Shown: positions 19,678 through 30,685, counted from the stretch's first letter. The stretch: 64,000 nt of DNA from Candidatus Borrarchaeum weybense (GCA_019057385.1 JAHQJS010000005.1:64001-128000), one strand, 5' to 3'. A program made the numbers and translations. The notes: generated by a model from the letters alone, not told the origin.

Positions 19678-20187
19678 ATGACACTTAGTGACACCATGAG
19701 AGACTCCCTAAATGATCAAGTAAAATGGGAATTATGGAGCGGGTATTATTACCTCTCAATGGCAACATACTTCTACGAGAAAAACCTACCTGGATTTGCG
19801 AAATACTGGACCGTACATGCAGCGGAAGAACAAGAACATGCAATGAAGATCTTCAAGCATATCGTCGAACGAGGAGGAAGAGTTACTCTCCAAACAATAG
19901 AGCAGCCTCAAACTGATTGGAATTCACCTTTACACGTTGCGGAAGAAGTTGTAGAACATGAACGAAAAGTAACTGGTATGATAAACAACTTAGTTACTAT
20001 GGCAAAATCAGAGAATGATTATGCTACAGAAGTTTTTCTACAATGGTTTATTGATGAACAGGTAGAAGAAGAAGAGGGTGCTGAGAAGGTTTATAATCAA
20101 GTGAAACTTGCGGGTGATTCTGGCACTGCTTTACTGATGTTAGACATTGAATTCGCTAAAAAAGCGGCAGCAAAGGAAGAGGATTAA
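19678..20187 (+). CDS. ftnA: ferritin
   Basis: LNDQVKWE, YLSMA, EEQEHAMK, LQWFIDEQVEEE. Confidence 0.95.
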   Translation: MTLSDTMRDSLNDQVKWELWSGYYYLSMATYFYEKNLPGFAKYWTVHAAEEQEHAMKIFKHIVERGGRVTLQTIEQPQTDWNSPLHVAEEVVEHERKVTGMINNLVTMAKSENDYATEVFLQWFIDEQVEEEEGAEKVYNQVKLAGDSGTALLMLDIEFAKKAAAKEED

Positions 20188-20376
20188 ATTAATTCCTTTG
20201 GTCTAATCATACTTAAGGAAACCTATCGCAAGTCTCCTAATAATTTTTTTCTTTTTTTTATGATTTACAGTTCACTCAGATTTTTTTGTTCATCATATTA
20301 GAAAATTAGAAAAGAAAAAAGCAGAATATAAGGCTAAAAAAATTATAGGCCGGTGGATGCGTATTCATCAGCGGTA

Positions 20377-21237
20377 TCAATAGAGTGAGTAATCTAACAC
20401 GGTGTTACAAGAGCATTCTTTATCCGTAGGGATTCTTGGAATAACCTCAAATAGGAGTTTATTTACATTTTTGACGTTTTCTTTCATAGATTGAGCGACT
20501 CGTTCTGCAGTGACCGGAAGCACACCATAGACATCTGTATCTGTTATCAGGGCAATACTTGCAAAACATATTTCTGCTTCTCGACACAAGCAAGCCTCAG
20601 AAAATGCAGTCATGCCGACACAAGACCATCCTTGTGACTTGTAAAACAACGATTCTGCACGAGTGGAGAAACGTGGCCCTTCCATACAGACATATGTGAA
20701 CATTTTTTTCTCTTTTTCCTCTTCTGGAGTAGGATGGACAACAACTTCATTATTTGGCCAAAGTTCACGTGCAGTATCGAGAATTACACGTCTCAATTCA
20801 TCACAAGTTGGATCTGAAAATGGTACATGTCCTGTTAGTCCTCCTTCATAGAATGACAAAGGTCGACGTATTGTAGTTCGATCAAAAAACTGGTCACTAA
20901 CTACGAATTCATAAGGTTTGATAAAATCGGGCTGTAATGATCCCACCGCTGCAGGAGAAATAATCCTTTTCACGCCCAGTTCTTTCATTGCCCAAACGTT
21001 TGCACGATAGTTTACACGGAATGGGGGGATTGTATGATGTCTTCCATGGCGCGGTATAAACGCAACTTTTTTGCCTTTAATCCAACCTACAAGAACAAGG
21101 TCACTGGGAGCACCGTAAGGGGTGTAAATCTTTATCTCTTTCGCGTCTTCAAAGATATCAGGATCATAATTGCCTGTTCCGGCAAAATAACCAATTTCCA
21201 CATCTTTTTCTTCTGGTTCAATTCGTGTGCTTGCCAA
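20377..21237 (-). CDS. mtnP: 5'-methylthioadenosine phosphorylase (MTAP/PNP family)
   Basis: TPYGAPS, PRHG..HTIPP..VNYRAN, EGPRFSTRAES, VGMT. Confidence 0.9.
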   Translation of the reverse strand: MASTRIEPEEKDVEIGYFAGTGNYDPDIFEDAKEIKIYTPYGAPSDLVLVGWIKGKKVAFIPRHGRHHTIPPFRVNYRANVWAMKELGVKRIISPAAVGSLQPDFIKPYEFVVSDQFFDRTTIRRPLSFYEGGLTGHVPFSDPTCDELRRVILDTARELWPNNEVVVHPTPEEEKEKKMFTYVCMEGPRFSTRAESLFYKSQGWSCVGMTAFSEACLCREAEICFASIALITDTDVYGVLPVTAERVAQSMKENVKNVNKLLFEVIPRIPTDKECSCNTVLDYSLY

Positions 21238-21489
21238 ATTCGAAACCTCCGAAGATTGTTTCTAAAGACTGTAAGAATATAGAAAAGAAGTGAAACATTC
21301 GCAGTTATAAATGTTAATTTTGGATCACGAAATCAAATAAAAACAGATTTTTTAATTTGTTACCCTAATTCACAATTAAAAAACGTAATACATCTAACGT
21401 TACAACAAAAAAGAGTTTCTTCATTAACTATAAAAAAGGAAAGTGGGAGGGTTATATACTGACCGCAGCACCTATTAATTGCTTCAGAC

Positions 21490-22074
21490 TTAGAACTTTT
21501 CGCATAAGACTGCGTAATAATTTCTCTCATGACCGCAAGATGGACATTCTTCTGGTGGCTCAGTTCCATTATGGACGTAACCACATTCTAAACAGACCCA
21601 ATCTACTGGAGTAGCTTTTTTAAAGACTGTACCTGCCTCGACGTTTTTTAGAAGCGCTGTATATCTGTCACGATGATGCTTTTCTGCGAGTCCAATTGAT
21701 CTTAACTGTTCAGCGAGATCTGGATATCCCTCGCTCTCTGCGATTTTTGCAAATTCAGGATACATCTCTGTGTATTCATAATTTTCTCCAGCGATTGCAC
21801 CTTTTAGGTTGTCAGCGGTTGTGCCAAAAGCAGTTGGTGCTGCTGCTGGAACATTGATTTCTCCCCAATCCTCAGAGCTCATTCCTTTTAATTTTTGGAT
21901 CCATTCCCACAATTGTTCTGCGTGTTCTTTTTCGTTCTCCGCAGTAACTATGAAAAGCTGAGATATCTGGATAAAACCTTCTTTTCTTGCAACCTTACTG
22001 TACATGGTGTATCGGTTTCTTGCTTGGCTCTCTCCAATAAATGCTTTTGTTAGACTCTCAATAGTATTTTTCAT
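21490..22074 (-). CDS. rbr: rubrerythrin
   Basis: [24 protein letters not shown]-terminal CLECG...CPSC. Confidence 0.95.
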   Translation of the reverse strand: MKNTIESLTKAFIGESQARNRYTMYSKVARKEGFIQISQLFIVTAENEKEHAEQLWEWIQKLKGMSSEDWGEINVPAAAPTAFGTTADNLKGAIAGENYEYTEMYPEFAKIAESEGYPDLAEQLRSIGLAEKHHRDRYTALLKNVEAGTVFKKATPVDWVCLECGYVHNGTEPPEECPSCGHERNYYAVLCEKF

Positions 22075-22146
22075 GGTTTTTCCTCCACGTAAAAGAAGAA
22101 AGTTGCTTCTATTATGTAGTGAATTGGTATTAGGAGTAATTACTAT

Positions 22147-22184
22147 TATAAACGCAACTTTAGCGGTATAAACGCAACTTTAGC
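22147..22184. repeat. tandem 18-bp repeat TATAAACGCAACTTTAGC (20-bp period)
   Basis: Copies at 22147-22164 and 22167-22184; a near copy at 22665-22680. Confidence 0.85.
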
Positions 22185-22211
22185 TGTGTATTTTTACTAT
22201 TTGAAAAAAAA

Positions 22212-22619
22212 TCAGGCAGATACAAGCACACGTTCTTTTAACACGGATCTCAGTTCATCCATTAAATCACTGTGGTTGTATCCATAATTCATGCCGGGTG
22301 GTGATCCGACAGTTGGACTATCCATCGAGGAACTCAATTCCATAGGGATGGACTCAGAAAGTGGTTCCCATTTCACATGATTATCATATTTCATTTGTCG
22401 AAGTAATTGGCCTAAATCGATAATCAACTGACGTAGTGAATGAAGTTCTGCTACAATATCTTCTTGAGTAACTAAATTGATGTCTATTAAATTTTGAGGA
22501 GACTCTTTTTTAAGCAGACCATTGTTTTCTCTTTTATGCATATGACCTTTATGAATGCTAAGACCCCTTTCATTTTTGCAGGTCTTTCCACAGATGTCGC
22601 AAATAACTGATGTTTCCAT
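22212..22619 (-). CDS. C2H2 zinc-finger protein
   Basis: CDICGKTCKNERGLSIHKGHMH. Confidence 0.75.
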   Translation of the reverse strand: METSVICDICGKTCKNERGLSIHKGHMHKRENNGLLKKESPQNLIDINLVTQEDIVAELHSLRQLIIDLGQLLRQMKYDNHVKWEPLSESIPMELSSSMDSPTVGSPPGMNYGYNHSDLMDELRSVLKERVLVSA

Positions 22620-22910
22620 TGTTAACACATCATAGCTTCGTATTACCAATTTTTCATTTTTGCTTATATACGCAACTTTATTTAAGAATACATGCGCGCA
22701 TTTTTATCGTTTTTATAATAAAATGCCGATCGACCATATAAATATTATGGTAAATAAAACATCATTGTAATTACGATGGAGTTTAATACACTACTAATGT
22801 ACTTCAAATGTAGATTATATACCATTTTAAGGCAATAAGTTTTATCATATTACTGAAATTCATTTTTTCGTTTTCGCATAAATACGCCGCTAAATGCTCC
22901 TAATCTCTTG

Positions 22911-23483
22911 TTATTTTTCCTTCCTAAGTGCTTTTTCAATGCCTTCCTTCATAGCATTAATATAAACGAACATAAGCCTTGAAGAATAATAATAGAGGTG
23001 AAAGGCAAGCTCTTTATCAACTTGTGATGTTATTTTTTCTTTAAGATCAACTAAAATATCGAAAAAATGACGTGTGTATATGAATAATTCTTCATGTTCT
23101 ACTAAGTCTTCGAAAAGAGGCAATAGTTCCGAAAAATGAACCGCATCAATTTTTTCCTTATTTTCTAAAAGATAATTCTGGAAATGAAACATATGATCTA
23201 AATCAGTTCTGTTTAATTCTTCTAACCTTTGGCTGATTAAACTTCGCCCCCAACACTCCTCTCCAGATTCTGTATATGTGTAAAAGGCACCGACCTTCTC
23301 TACTCTCTGTTCCTTAATTAATTCTTTTAAATATTTGCTCAATGTTTTTTTAGTCACTTTAAAACGTCCTTTGCTAAAGGAACGATTTAATTCAGAGAAT
23401 AACTGTTTTTTGTGATCCATCAAGCGCGAAACAATTTCTTGTTTATATTTTTCTTTTGAATCGGCGTCACGTCTCACCATCAA
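22911..23483 (-). CDS. winged-helix transcriptional regulator
   Basis: FSEL...KKTLSKYLKELIKEQRVEK...YT. Confidence 0.7.
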   Translation of the reverse strand: MMVRRDADSKEKYKQEIVSRLMDHKKQLFSELNRSFSKGRFKVTKKTLSKYLKELIKEQRVEKVGAFYTYTESGEECWGRSLISQRLEELNRTDLDHMFHFQNYLLENKEKIDAVHFSELLPLFEDLVEHEELFIYTRHFFDILVDLKEKITSQVDKELAFHLYYYSSRLMFVYINAMKEGIEKALRKEK

Positions 23484-23597
23484 AGTGCACCTATGGTATA
23501 CTTTCGTATACCTTTATAAAAACCTATGTTTACTTCGCGCGCGACATAGAAATAGTATAAAGGCACAAAAATGCAATGATTTGGTTGGTGAAATATA

Positions 23598-25109
23598 ATG
23601 GCCAAAAGTAGCTATAGACCCGATGGCGTATACCCTGCCATAGTGACACCCTTTACTAAAGAAGGAGAAATTGATGAAGAAGCATTTAGAAATGTAATCC
23701 GGTATGTGTTTGATGATCTAGGTGTAACTGGTATTGTACCAGCAGGATCCACAGGTGAATTCAGCTCACTGACGTGGGAACAACACCTTCAAGTTTTAAG
23801 AATTGCTGTTGAAGAAGCCAGTGGACCTGTGCTAGCGGGAACTGGTACTTCTGGAACAAGTAGAACAATAAAATTGTCAAAAGCTGCTGCAGATATAGGC
23901 GCCGACGGAGTTATTGTAGTTTCCCCGTTTTATATGAAACCAACGAACCGTGGAATGTATATGCATTTCGCAGCATTAGCAGAAGCCGTTGACATTCCAA
24001 TTGTCATGTACCAAATTCCAGTACTAACAGGAAGTTGGATACCACGAACGGTTGTCGAAGATCTTATAGTAGAATACAAGAATATTGTAGGGCTTAAAGA
24101 TTCAAGCGGTGATATAAAATACCAGCAGGAGTTACTTGAACGAGTGAAGGGACCTGTAGATCCCGATTTTAGGATCATGAACGGGTGGGATGAAATTGCG
24201 TTTCCAGCATTCTGTTGTGGAATCGATGGAACGATTTTAGCATCTGCCAACTTTTTGGGAGATTATTGGGTTCAGATAAGAGATCTAGTGCTAGAGGGTA
24301 AAATTGAAGATGCCCGTAAGAAAGAGATGGAAATCCATAAGATCACTAGGATTATCACGGCTACAGGTGCCGCAGGAACAAAAGCCGCCCTTAACATGAT
24401 TGGAGTGAAAGTAGGAAAACCAGCATTGCCTTTAGAGATCGGAGGCTCAATCAGTTACGAATTACGGGAAGAATTGAGATTTGAACTTGAAAAAATCGGA
24501 AAGGCAACACGCCCAACCTATGAAAAACTCGAACCAACACCAGAAAAACCGCTTGAGGAACGCTTCGAGATAATTGGAATCGCTGGGAAACAAATTACCG
24601 ACTTCAAGATGCTCGTCGGCGAGGCATTATTTGGAGGCGGGGCAGAGGTAGCACATATAGATCTATTGATAGGATTAAAGGATGGTCCTGTCGGAGAAGC
24701 CTTTGCAAAGGTATTTAGTGGTCTTGAAAAGAAAGAAGGTATCGAAGGTTTGCTAGCTGTAACTCAACCCAATGAAAAAGTTCGACCAGAGACCCTAATC
24801 ATACCCACGGTAACGGTCACCGATTTAAGAAAAGCACAAATGATTTATGGTCCTGCACAATCGGCAGTAGCGAGAGCTGTAACTGAATCAGTCAAAGAGG
24901 GTCTTATTCCGGAGGAGTTAGTTGATAAACTCTGCATTATAACGAATATATTCGTTCACCCGACAGCTGTGGCAAGACATCGCGTGTATATCAACAATTA
25001 CAAAGCTGCAAAACAGGCAATAAGGCGGGCCCTTGAAAAATATCCTACTCTTGATGAACTAATGGAAAGCGCAGAAATGTCGCGGCATCCATTTAGGCAT
25101 GAGCCCTAA
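23598..25109 (+). CDS. DapA-family aldolase fused to formaldehyde-activating enzyme (Fae) domain
   Basis: N-terminal AIVTPF, GSTGE, GLKDSSGD; C-terminal VGEALFGGGAEVAHIDLLIG, GPAQSAVARAV, FVHP. Confidence 0.85.
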   Translation: MAKSSYRPDGVYPAIVTPFTKEGEIDEEAFRNVIRYVFDDLGVTGIVPAGSTGEFSSLTWEQHLQVLRIAVEEASGPVLAGTGTSGTSRTIKLSKAAADIGADGVIVVSPFYMKPTNRGMYMHFAALAEAVDIPIVMYQIPVLTGSWIPRTVVEDLIVEYKNIVGLKDSSGDIKYQQELLERVKGPVDPDFRIMNGWDEIAFPAFCCGIDGTILASANFLGDYWVQIRDLVLEGKIEDARKKEMEIHKITRIITATGAAGTKAALNMIGVKVGKPALPLEIGGSISYELREELRFELEKIGKATRPTYEKLEPTPEKPLEERFEIIGIAGKQITDFKMLVGEALFGGGAEVAHIDLLIGLKDGPVGEAFAKVFSGLEKKEGIEGLLAVTQPNEKVRPETLIIPTVTVTDLRKAQMIYGPAQSAVARAVTESVKEGLIPEELVDKLCIITNIFVHPTAVARHRVYINNYKAAKQAIRRALEKYPTLDELMESAEMSRHPFRHEP

Positions 25110-25182
25110 AGAATGAAAAATCAAGAAACACTTCATAGCAGTCTTGGTTCAATCACTCTTCTTTTATTTTTGTCCACTAGTT

Positions 25183-25689
25183 TTAGGACATGATGCCTTT
25201 CAGGAATTTCAGTATATCCACAATATCAGTTATTTTTGAGCCTAAGAATTTAGTAGCTTCTTTCATCAGATAATCTGCACTTTCAGCCTTATTGATCATC
25301 CCTATAAAATTTTGCACATCTGGAATCTCCAAATTTTTTTCTTTATCCTCATAGCGGATTGTAAATAAAACAGCATTATCTTTAGGGTCCTCAGTATCAT
25401 ATGCTAATCTTGTATCCTTCGGTGTGAAGCCTGGGGCCATCGGGAGGTATTTCGTGAATTCGCTTATGACCGATCCCAGAGCATTACTAAATTTAAACCA
25501 GCGAATTGATTTTTCAAAAATTTGATCAACTTCTTTTTTGGTTATTTCTGAAGAACCTCTCTTCTTGAAAACTCCAGAGACAGAGTTATCTTTTCCTTTA
25601 TTAAGATTAATCTCATAATCTACATCTTTGTAAGAAACAGTTATCTTTTCAGAAGCCAATGCCTTTTTTAGATATTGTGCCAAGATCAC
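25183..25689 (-). CDS. hypothetical protein
   Basis: 168-aa ORF, GAGGTG RBS. Confidence 0.6.
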   Translation of the reverse strand: MILAQYLKKALASEKITVSYKDVDYEINLNKGKDNSVSGVFKKRGSSEITKKEVDQIFEKSIRWFKFSNALGSVISEFTKYLPMAPGFTPKDTRLAYDTEDPKDNAVLFTIRYEDKEKNLEIPDVQNFIGMINKAESADYLMKEATKFLGSKITDIVDILKFLKGIMS

Positions 25690-25967
25690 TACACCTCATA
25701 ATACCGGATTTGTTGACAGCTTTTTTTGATATTGTCGAAGTAGTTTAAAAGCATTTATTTTTGCGTTTATCAGCAAATTTATCGATTGCTTCAATTTGTG
25801 TGGTATTTCTTTGCTTTTGTCTTCTCAAGACAGCAAAATTCAAAATCAACTATAATTTTAGGGTCTAAAGATTTAACCAAACACTGCGGTGCCTTAATAA
25901 AAATTCTTTTTAAAAACAAATTCTATTTCAGTTATGCGAATGCAATTGTGGAAAGGAGCTACTAATC

Positions 25968-27017
25968 ATGCCAATTAAAAGCGTACGCGTCGATTTAAAG
26001 AAGGTCATTCTTGAGAAAATAAAAAATAAGGAAGATTCTCTCAAAAAAATCATAGGACAAGATGAGGCCAAGGAAGGAATTCTTGCATCACTTATTGCAG
26101 GTCATCATGTGTTGATTGAAGGTCCTCCAGGAATTGGAAAAACAACCTTAGCAAAAGAAATTGCAAAACTATTACCTCCGTTAGAAGTTATAGAAGATTG
26201 CCCATATCACTGTGATCCTGCGGAACCTGTATGCCCTTCATGTAAGGAAAAAGCGATCACAGGAGAGGAACTCGAAACTGTTATGACGGAAGGGAGCGAA
26301 CGGTTTATAAGAATTCAGGGAAGTCCAGATCTAACAGCTGCCGATTTATTGGGAGATATTGATATCTCAAAAGCATTTAAGTTCTCGCCCTCGGACTATC
26401 GAGCATTTACTCCAGGAAAACTCCTCAAAGGAAATCACGGCGTCGTCTTTTTTGATGAACTTAACAGGATTCCAGAAAAACTTCAAAACGCTTTATTACA
26501 AGTATTAGAGGAAGGTATCGCCACTATCGGCCCCTATGATTTAGCTTATCCTAGTAATTTTATTATGATTGCAACGATGAACCCGGCAGAACATGCTGGT
26601 GTGGAAGAACTTTCAGATGTTTTACTTGATAGATTTGACATGGTTAAAATGGATTATCCTGCCAGTACTGAGGAAGAAAGAGAAATTATACTAAAAAACG
26701 CAAAGAAATTTGATGAAGTACAAGTACCATCAAAGATGCTGGATACACTGATTGAAATAGTTCGAAGTACTAGAGATCACAAAGATTTAATTCAAGGGGG
26801 AAGTGTAAGAGCCAGTATTGGATTATATGAAAAGGCTCAGGCGTCGGCTTTGCTCAAAGGAAGAAAAGTCGTCTCACTTGAAGATATTGAAAGAATGGCT
26901 GCTTCAGTGATGGCAAAGAGAATCAGACCATCTCCGGAATCTGCATATTATGATGATCCAACCCTTCTTATTACGACCATAGTCAGAGAAATTACTAAAA
27001 GAGATGTTAATCAATAG
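25968..27017 (+). CDS. MoxR/ChlI-like AAA+ ATPase
   Basis: GPPGIGKT, RIQGSPDL, FFDELNR, ATMNP, LLDRF. Confidence 0.9.
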   Translation: MPIKSVRVDLKKVILEKIKNKEDSLKKIIGQDEAKEGILASLIAGHHVLIEGPPGIGKTTLAKEIAKLLPPLEVIEDCPYHCDPAEPVCPSCKEKAITGEELETVMTEGSERFIRIQGSPDLTAADLLGDIDISKAFKFSPSDYRAFTPGKLLKGNHGVVFFDELNRIPEKLQNALLQVLEEGIATIGPYDLAYPSNFIMIATMNPAEHAGVEELSDVLLDRFDMVKMDYPASTEEEREIILKNAKKFDEVQVPSKMLDTLIEIVRSTRDHKDLIQGGSVRASIGLYEKAQASALLKGRKVVSLEDIERMAASVMAKRIRPSPESAYYDDPTLLITTIVREITKRDVNQ

Positions 27018-27026
27018 GCGATAATT

Positions 27027-29447
27027 TTGGCAGTTTCATCAGTTCAGTCAGAATTGAAAGATATCATAATGAATGATCCTGAGGCTATCGATAGACTATT
27101 TGAGGGAGTCGTCCTTGAAGAACCAATCAAACACAGTTTCTTGAGCAGTTTGATCTCAGGACACCATATTCTTATTTTAGGACCCCCAGGCAGTGGTAAG
27201 ACGAAACTAGCCCTAAGTGTCGCAAAGATTCTGCCTCCTCTTAGAATTCTAAAAGAATGTATAATACGCAACACACCAGAGTCACAATGCCCTTGGTGTG
27301 AAAAAGAATGCCAAGAAACGATAGAGATTTCTGGCGAAGAAAGGATAACACGAATACAGGGCAGCCCTGAATTAGTTCCCGAAGATATTATAGGCGATAT
27401 TGACCCAGAAATGGCGTTGAAGTGGGGCACACACGACATCAGATCCTTCAGTCCAGGAAAGGTACTAAGGGCGAATAATGGGGTCCTCATACTTGACTTC
27501 ATTGATAGAATGCAAGAGCGTGTGATCAATACATTATTGGTAGCTATGGAAGGTGGAGATCAAATCGAAATTGGCCATTTTGACGAGAAAATCCCTGCAC
27601 TGGATCTAATAATAATTGCAACAGGAGCTTATCATGCAGTAGATGTACTACCCCAAGATCTTCTTGATCGATTTGATGTTATTCGGTTGGAATATATCAA
27701 AGATGATGATAAGGAAAAAGAAATCGTTGCAAAAGAAGTGAACATTCCACGAGAAAAGATGTTTTCCAAAGAATATCTGCTGGCTATGGCGCTTCTAAGA
27801 AACACCCGAGCACATGAAGACATCTTAAGGGGCGTAAGCACGAGAGGAGGAATCAGATTTTTTGAGTTATTAGAGGCCTTTTCCTTGATGAATGAAGAGA
27901 ATTCTGTTACACCTCAAGACATTTTAAAATCGGCTATGATCACATTACCGCATAGAATAAGGTTAAAGCCAACAGTCGAGAGATCACTGACGCCAAATGA
28001 TGTTATTTTGGATATTTTTGAAAGAACAGCAACAGCAACATTGGAAGAACAACTCATCAAAGAAGATGAGATTCGAAAGATCATAAGAGAACTGATGACT
28101 GAAAAAGAGATACAGAAACTCTTACGCTATGGTCATTACGACATAATCTTAGCGCGAATAGAAAACAGGCCAGATCTAACTCTTTCAAAAACTCATGAAA
28201 AGTTATTAGAGCAGATATTTAAGACTGAAAGAACAGAGTTTGGATTCAAAGTAATGCCAGATGAATTGAGACGAGATATAGAGAGAGAAACCGGAAAACA
28301 ACTCATTAAGAAACTCAAACTTAAAGCGCTCGAACAATTATTTGAAAAACTTGGAGAAATGAAAGTTCTAGAAACTACATTTCCAGGCTGGGTTTTAAGC
28401 ACAAAAGCAGCACAAGTATTTTTGGAAGAATTATTTCCAAGGGTATGGGGCTACGCACCATCTTTGAGTGAAGGGGCTCACCCTGTTGGCAAGAAGGCAT
28501 TTTCAGGATCCGGAAAAATTGTAGGTACTAGAAAATTTCGAACCGGCGACAGATACAGAGATGTTTCTATCAAAGAAACTATTAAGAATACCATTAGAGC
28601 AGGGCGCTCGACAGTCGAACGAGAAGATATAATGGCCTTTCAGAGAGAACCTCGCACGCGCGTTGAAATAATTTTACTTTTGGATATAAGTGGTACAATG
28701 CTTGAAGGAAATAAACTCTTACATGCTAAAAAAGCAGCGTCAGCCTTAGCATTAATGAGTTCAAAATACGGGGATCGCATGGGAATTGTTTCATTCAGTA
28801 ATAAAGGTAAGAAAGAACTTCGTTTAACAGACGATCCGAACATTCTCACAAAAAAGATCCTAGATCTGTTCGTCTTGAACAGGGGGGATGAAACGAATAT
28901 TGGTGAGGCATTGAGGATTGCACGTTTTATGATGATGAGAGAAGGGTCTACGTCTGCAACGAAGCATTTGATTTTGATATCAGATGGGGTACCTACGGCA
29001 CCTCAACCAAATCCGGAAGAATTCGCACTAAAAGAAGCTGTAGAGATCATTAGAAAAAAGATAACAATCTCAGCAATTTGTATTTGCACTGAAGAGGCTT
29101 CAGCAGAACCTGAATTCCTACGAAAAATCACAAAGATAGGACATGGTCGTCTCTTTCGTGTTGGAGAAGAGGAATTGCCACAAACACTATTGACTGAACA
29201 TGAATTTGTAAGAAAGATCTCGAAAAAATTGCCAAAGGGGATTGGTACTGCTGCTGAGAAACCGCTTAGAGCGATGATCTTATCTATTTTGGCGAAAGAA
29301 GGAGTAGCCGCAGTAAGTAGTCTTAGTAAGATCTTTGGAGTCAAAACGGAATGCATTGCAAAAGAACTGAGAGAGTTAGAAAACGAAAAAATCGTAGAAA
29401 AGGTTACAGTCGAGAGTGTGTACTTTTACTATATCGTCCCAACATAA
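27027..29447 (+). CDS. ChlD-like AAA + vWA protein with C-terminal HTH
   Basis: GPPGSGKT; vWA LLDISGTM, TNIGEAL, ISDG; C-terminal wHTH-like segment. Confidence 0.85.
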   Translation: MAVSSVQSELKDIIMNDPEAIDRLFEGVVLEEPIKHSFLSSLISGHHILILGPPGSGKTKLALSVAKILPPLRILKECIIRNTPESQCPWCEKECQETIEISGEERITRIQGSPELVPEDIIGDIDPEMALKWGTHDIRSFSPGKVLRANNGVLILDFIDRMQERVINTLLVAMEGGDQIEIGHFDEKIPALDLIIIATGAYHAVDVLPQDLLDRFDVIRLEYIKDDDKEKEIVAKEVNIPREKMFSKEYLLAMALLRNTRAHEDILRGVSTRGGIRFFELLEAFSLMNEENSVTPQDILKSAMITLPHRIRLKPTVERSLTPNDVILDIFERTATATLEEQLIKEDEIRKIIRELMTEKEIQKLLRYGHYDIILARIENRPDLTLSKTHEKLLEQIFKTERTEFGFKVMPDELRRDIERETGKQLIKKLKLKALEQLFEKLGEMKVLETTFPGWVLSTKAAQVFLEELFPRVWGYAPSLSEGAHPVGKKAFSGSGKIVGTRKFRTGDRYRDVSIKETIKNTIRAGRSTVEREDIMAFQREPRTRVEIILLLDISGTMLEGNKLLHAKKAASALALMSSKYGDRMGIVSFSNKGKKELRLTDDPNILTKKILDLFVLNRGDETNIGEALRIARFMMMREGSTSATKHLILISDGVPTAPQPNPEEFALKEAVEIIRKKITISAICICTEEASAEPEFLRKITKIGHGRLFRVGEEELPQTLLTEHEFVRKISKKLPKGIGTAAEKPLRAMILSILAKEGVAAVSSLSKIFGVKTECIAKELRELENEKIVEKVTVESVYFYYIVPT

Positions 29448-29604
29448 GTTATAGATGGTCTTTCATAACAAGAGAAGTTAACAAAGGTTTAGAGAACCAA
29501 GTATATCTTTAAATTTCGATTGAAAAAGTATAGAAATTCTTGACATTATTCTAAAAAATAATTAAATTAAAAAAAAGGATTAGGCAGTGTAAGAGACTGA
29601 TTCT

Positions 29605-29817
29605 CTAACAAGAACTGTGTTCGATAGCTTCGTTTGGACATGCTGTGACGCAAGCACAACACTCTGTACATTCATCGATTTTTTCTACCACTGCTTTTCC
29701 ATCCACTACTTTGAACATTTCCACAGGACACATATCGACACAGTCTCCAACGCCTGTGCATTTATCATAGTCTACAGTGATGTCAATATCTAATTCGTCT
29801 GAGTGCCAAGTTGGCAT
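29605..29817 (-). CDS. 4Fe-4S dicluster ferredoxin
   Basis: CTGVGDCVDMCP and [12 protein letters not shown]. Confidence 0.9.
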   Translation of the reverse strand: MPTWHSDELDIDITVDYDKCTGVGDCVDMCPVEMFKVVDGKAVVEKIDECTECCACVTACPNEAIEHSSC

Positions 29818-29920
29818 TAATATCACCTAAATCATTTTTTATGGATTTAATTGGGCAAGTGATATCATTTGCTTTAAATAATTTTCGAATTTGGACTCAT
29901 ATACTTTATTTTGATTAGCA

Positions 29921-30139
29921 TCAGCAGCTACTGTGTGTGATTGCGTCCTCAGGACAAACTAAAACACATGCACAACATTCTGTACAGTCATCAAGGCGTA
30001 TTGGTACTGCTTTTTCTATTTCTTCGTCTATCTCTAAAACGTTTGTAGGGCAATTTTCAACACATGGTAAACACGCGTGGCATTTCTCGTAATCGATTGT
30101 AATCGTAAAATCAAGTTCATAATTTTTCCATTCAGGCAT
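29921..30139 (-). CDS. 4Fe-4S dicluster ferredoxin (tandem paralog)
   Basis: [12 protein letters not shown] and [12 protein letters not shown]. Confidence 0.9.
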   Translation of the reverse strand: MPEWKNYELDFTITIDYEKCHACLPCVENCPTNVLEIDEEIEKAVPIRLDDCTECCACVLVCPEDAITHSSC

Positions 30140-30685
30140 AATTGTCACCCACATTTTTAAACTGCGATCAAATATAAAATCTCATAATTTAAATAAATAT
30201 CTAAATATGCACACTTGCTAATCAAACTAATTTGTTCTTGTTTGCAATATGATTTACGTCACGTAGGTAGTTTTTTAGGGTTGGATATTACGGAAAATCT
30301 CAAATCGGTTAATAAAGTTCGTAAAAAGGAATTATGAAAAATCTAATTGCGATGAAAACTGAGAAATCTTACTTAGCTGCAACTAAATATAAACCTGATA
30401 GCAGATTTTTTATTAGCGCGCGTTGTTTTAGTTGATTATAATCAATTATTTCATAAAAAGAAAATATTATAAATAAGAATAATAATGGTTGTTTGAGCAA
30501 TTTTTCGGAGGAAATACATTGCGAATCACCACATTATTCATTGATATACTAATGAGATTATTTGAGAGATTAGATGTATTTTTACTGAAACATAGAACAG
30601 TCTTACGTGTTCTGAAATAATTTCCTCATTTATTTTTTGAACTAATTCATGTTTAAATTATAATTGTTAAAGATAACATCTTTTA

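Noticed and set aside
27044-29356. Multiple antisense ORFs here and throughout the track
   Set aside because: They are shadows of well-supported genes on the opposite strand
30155-30685. 530-bp AT-rich intergenic region as a possible ncRNA or origin
   Set aside because: No repeats, ORB-like boxes or GC-rich stems recognised
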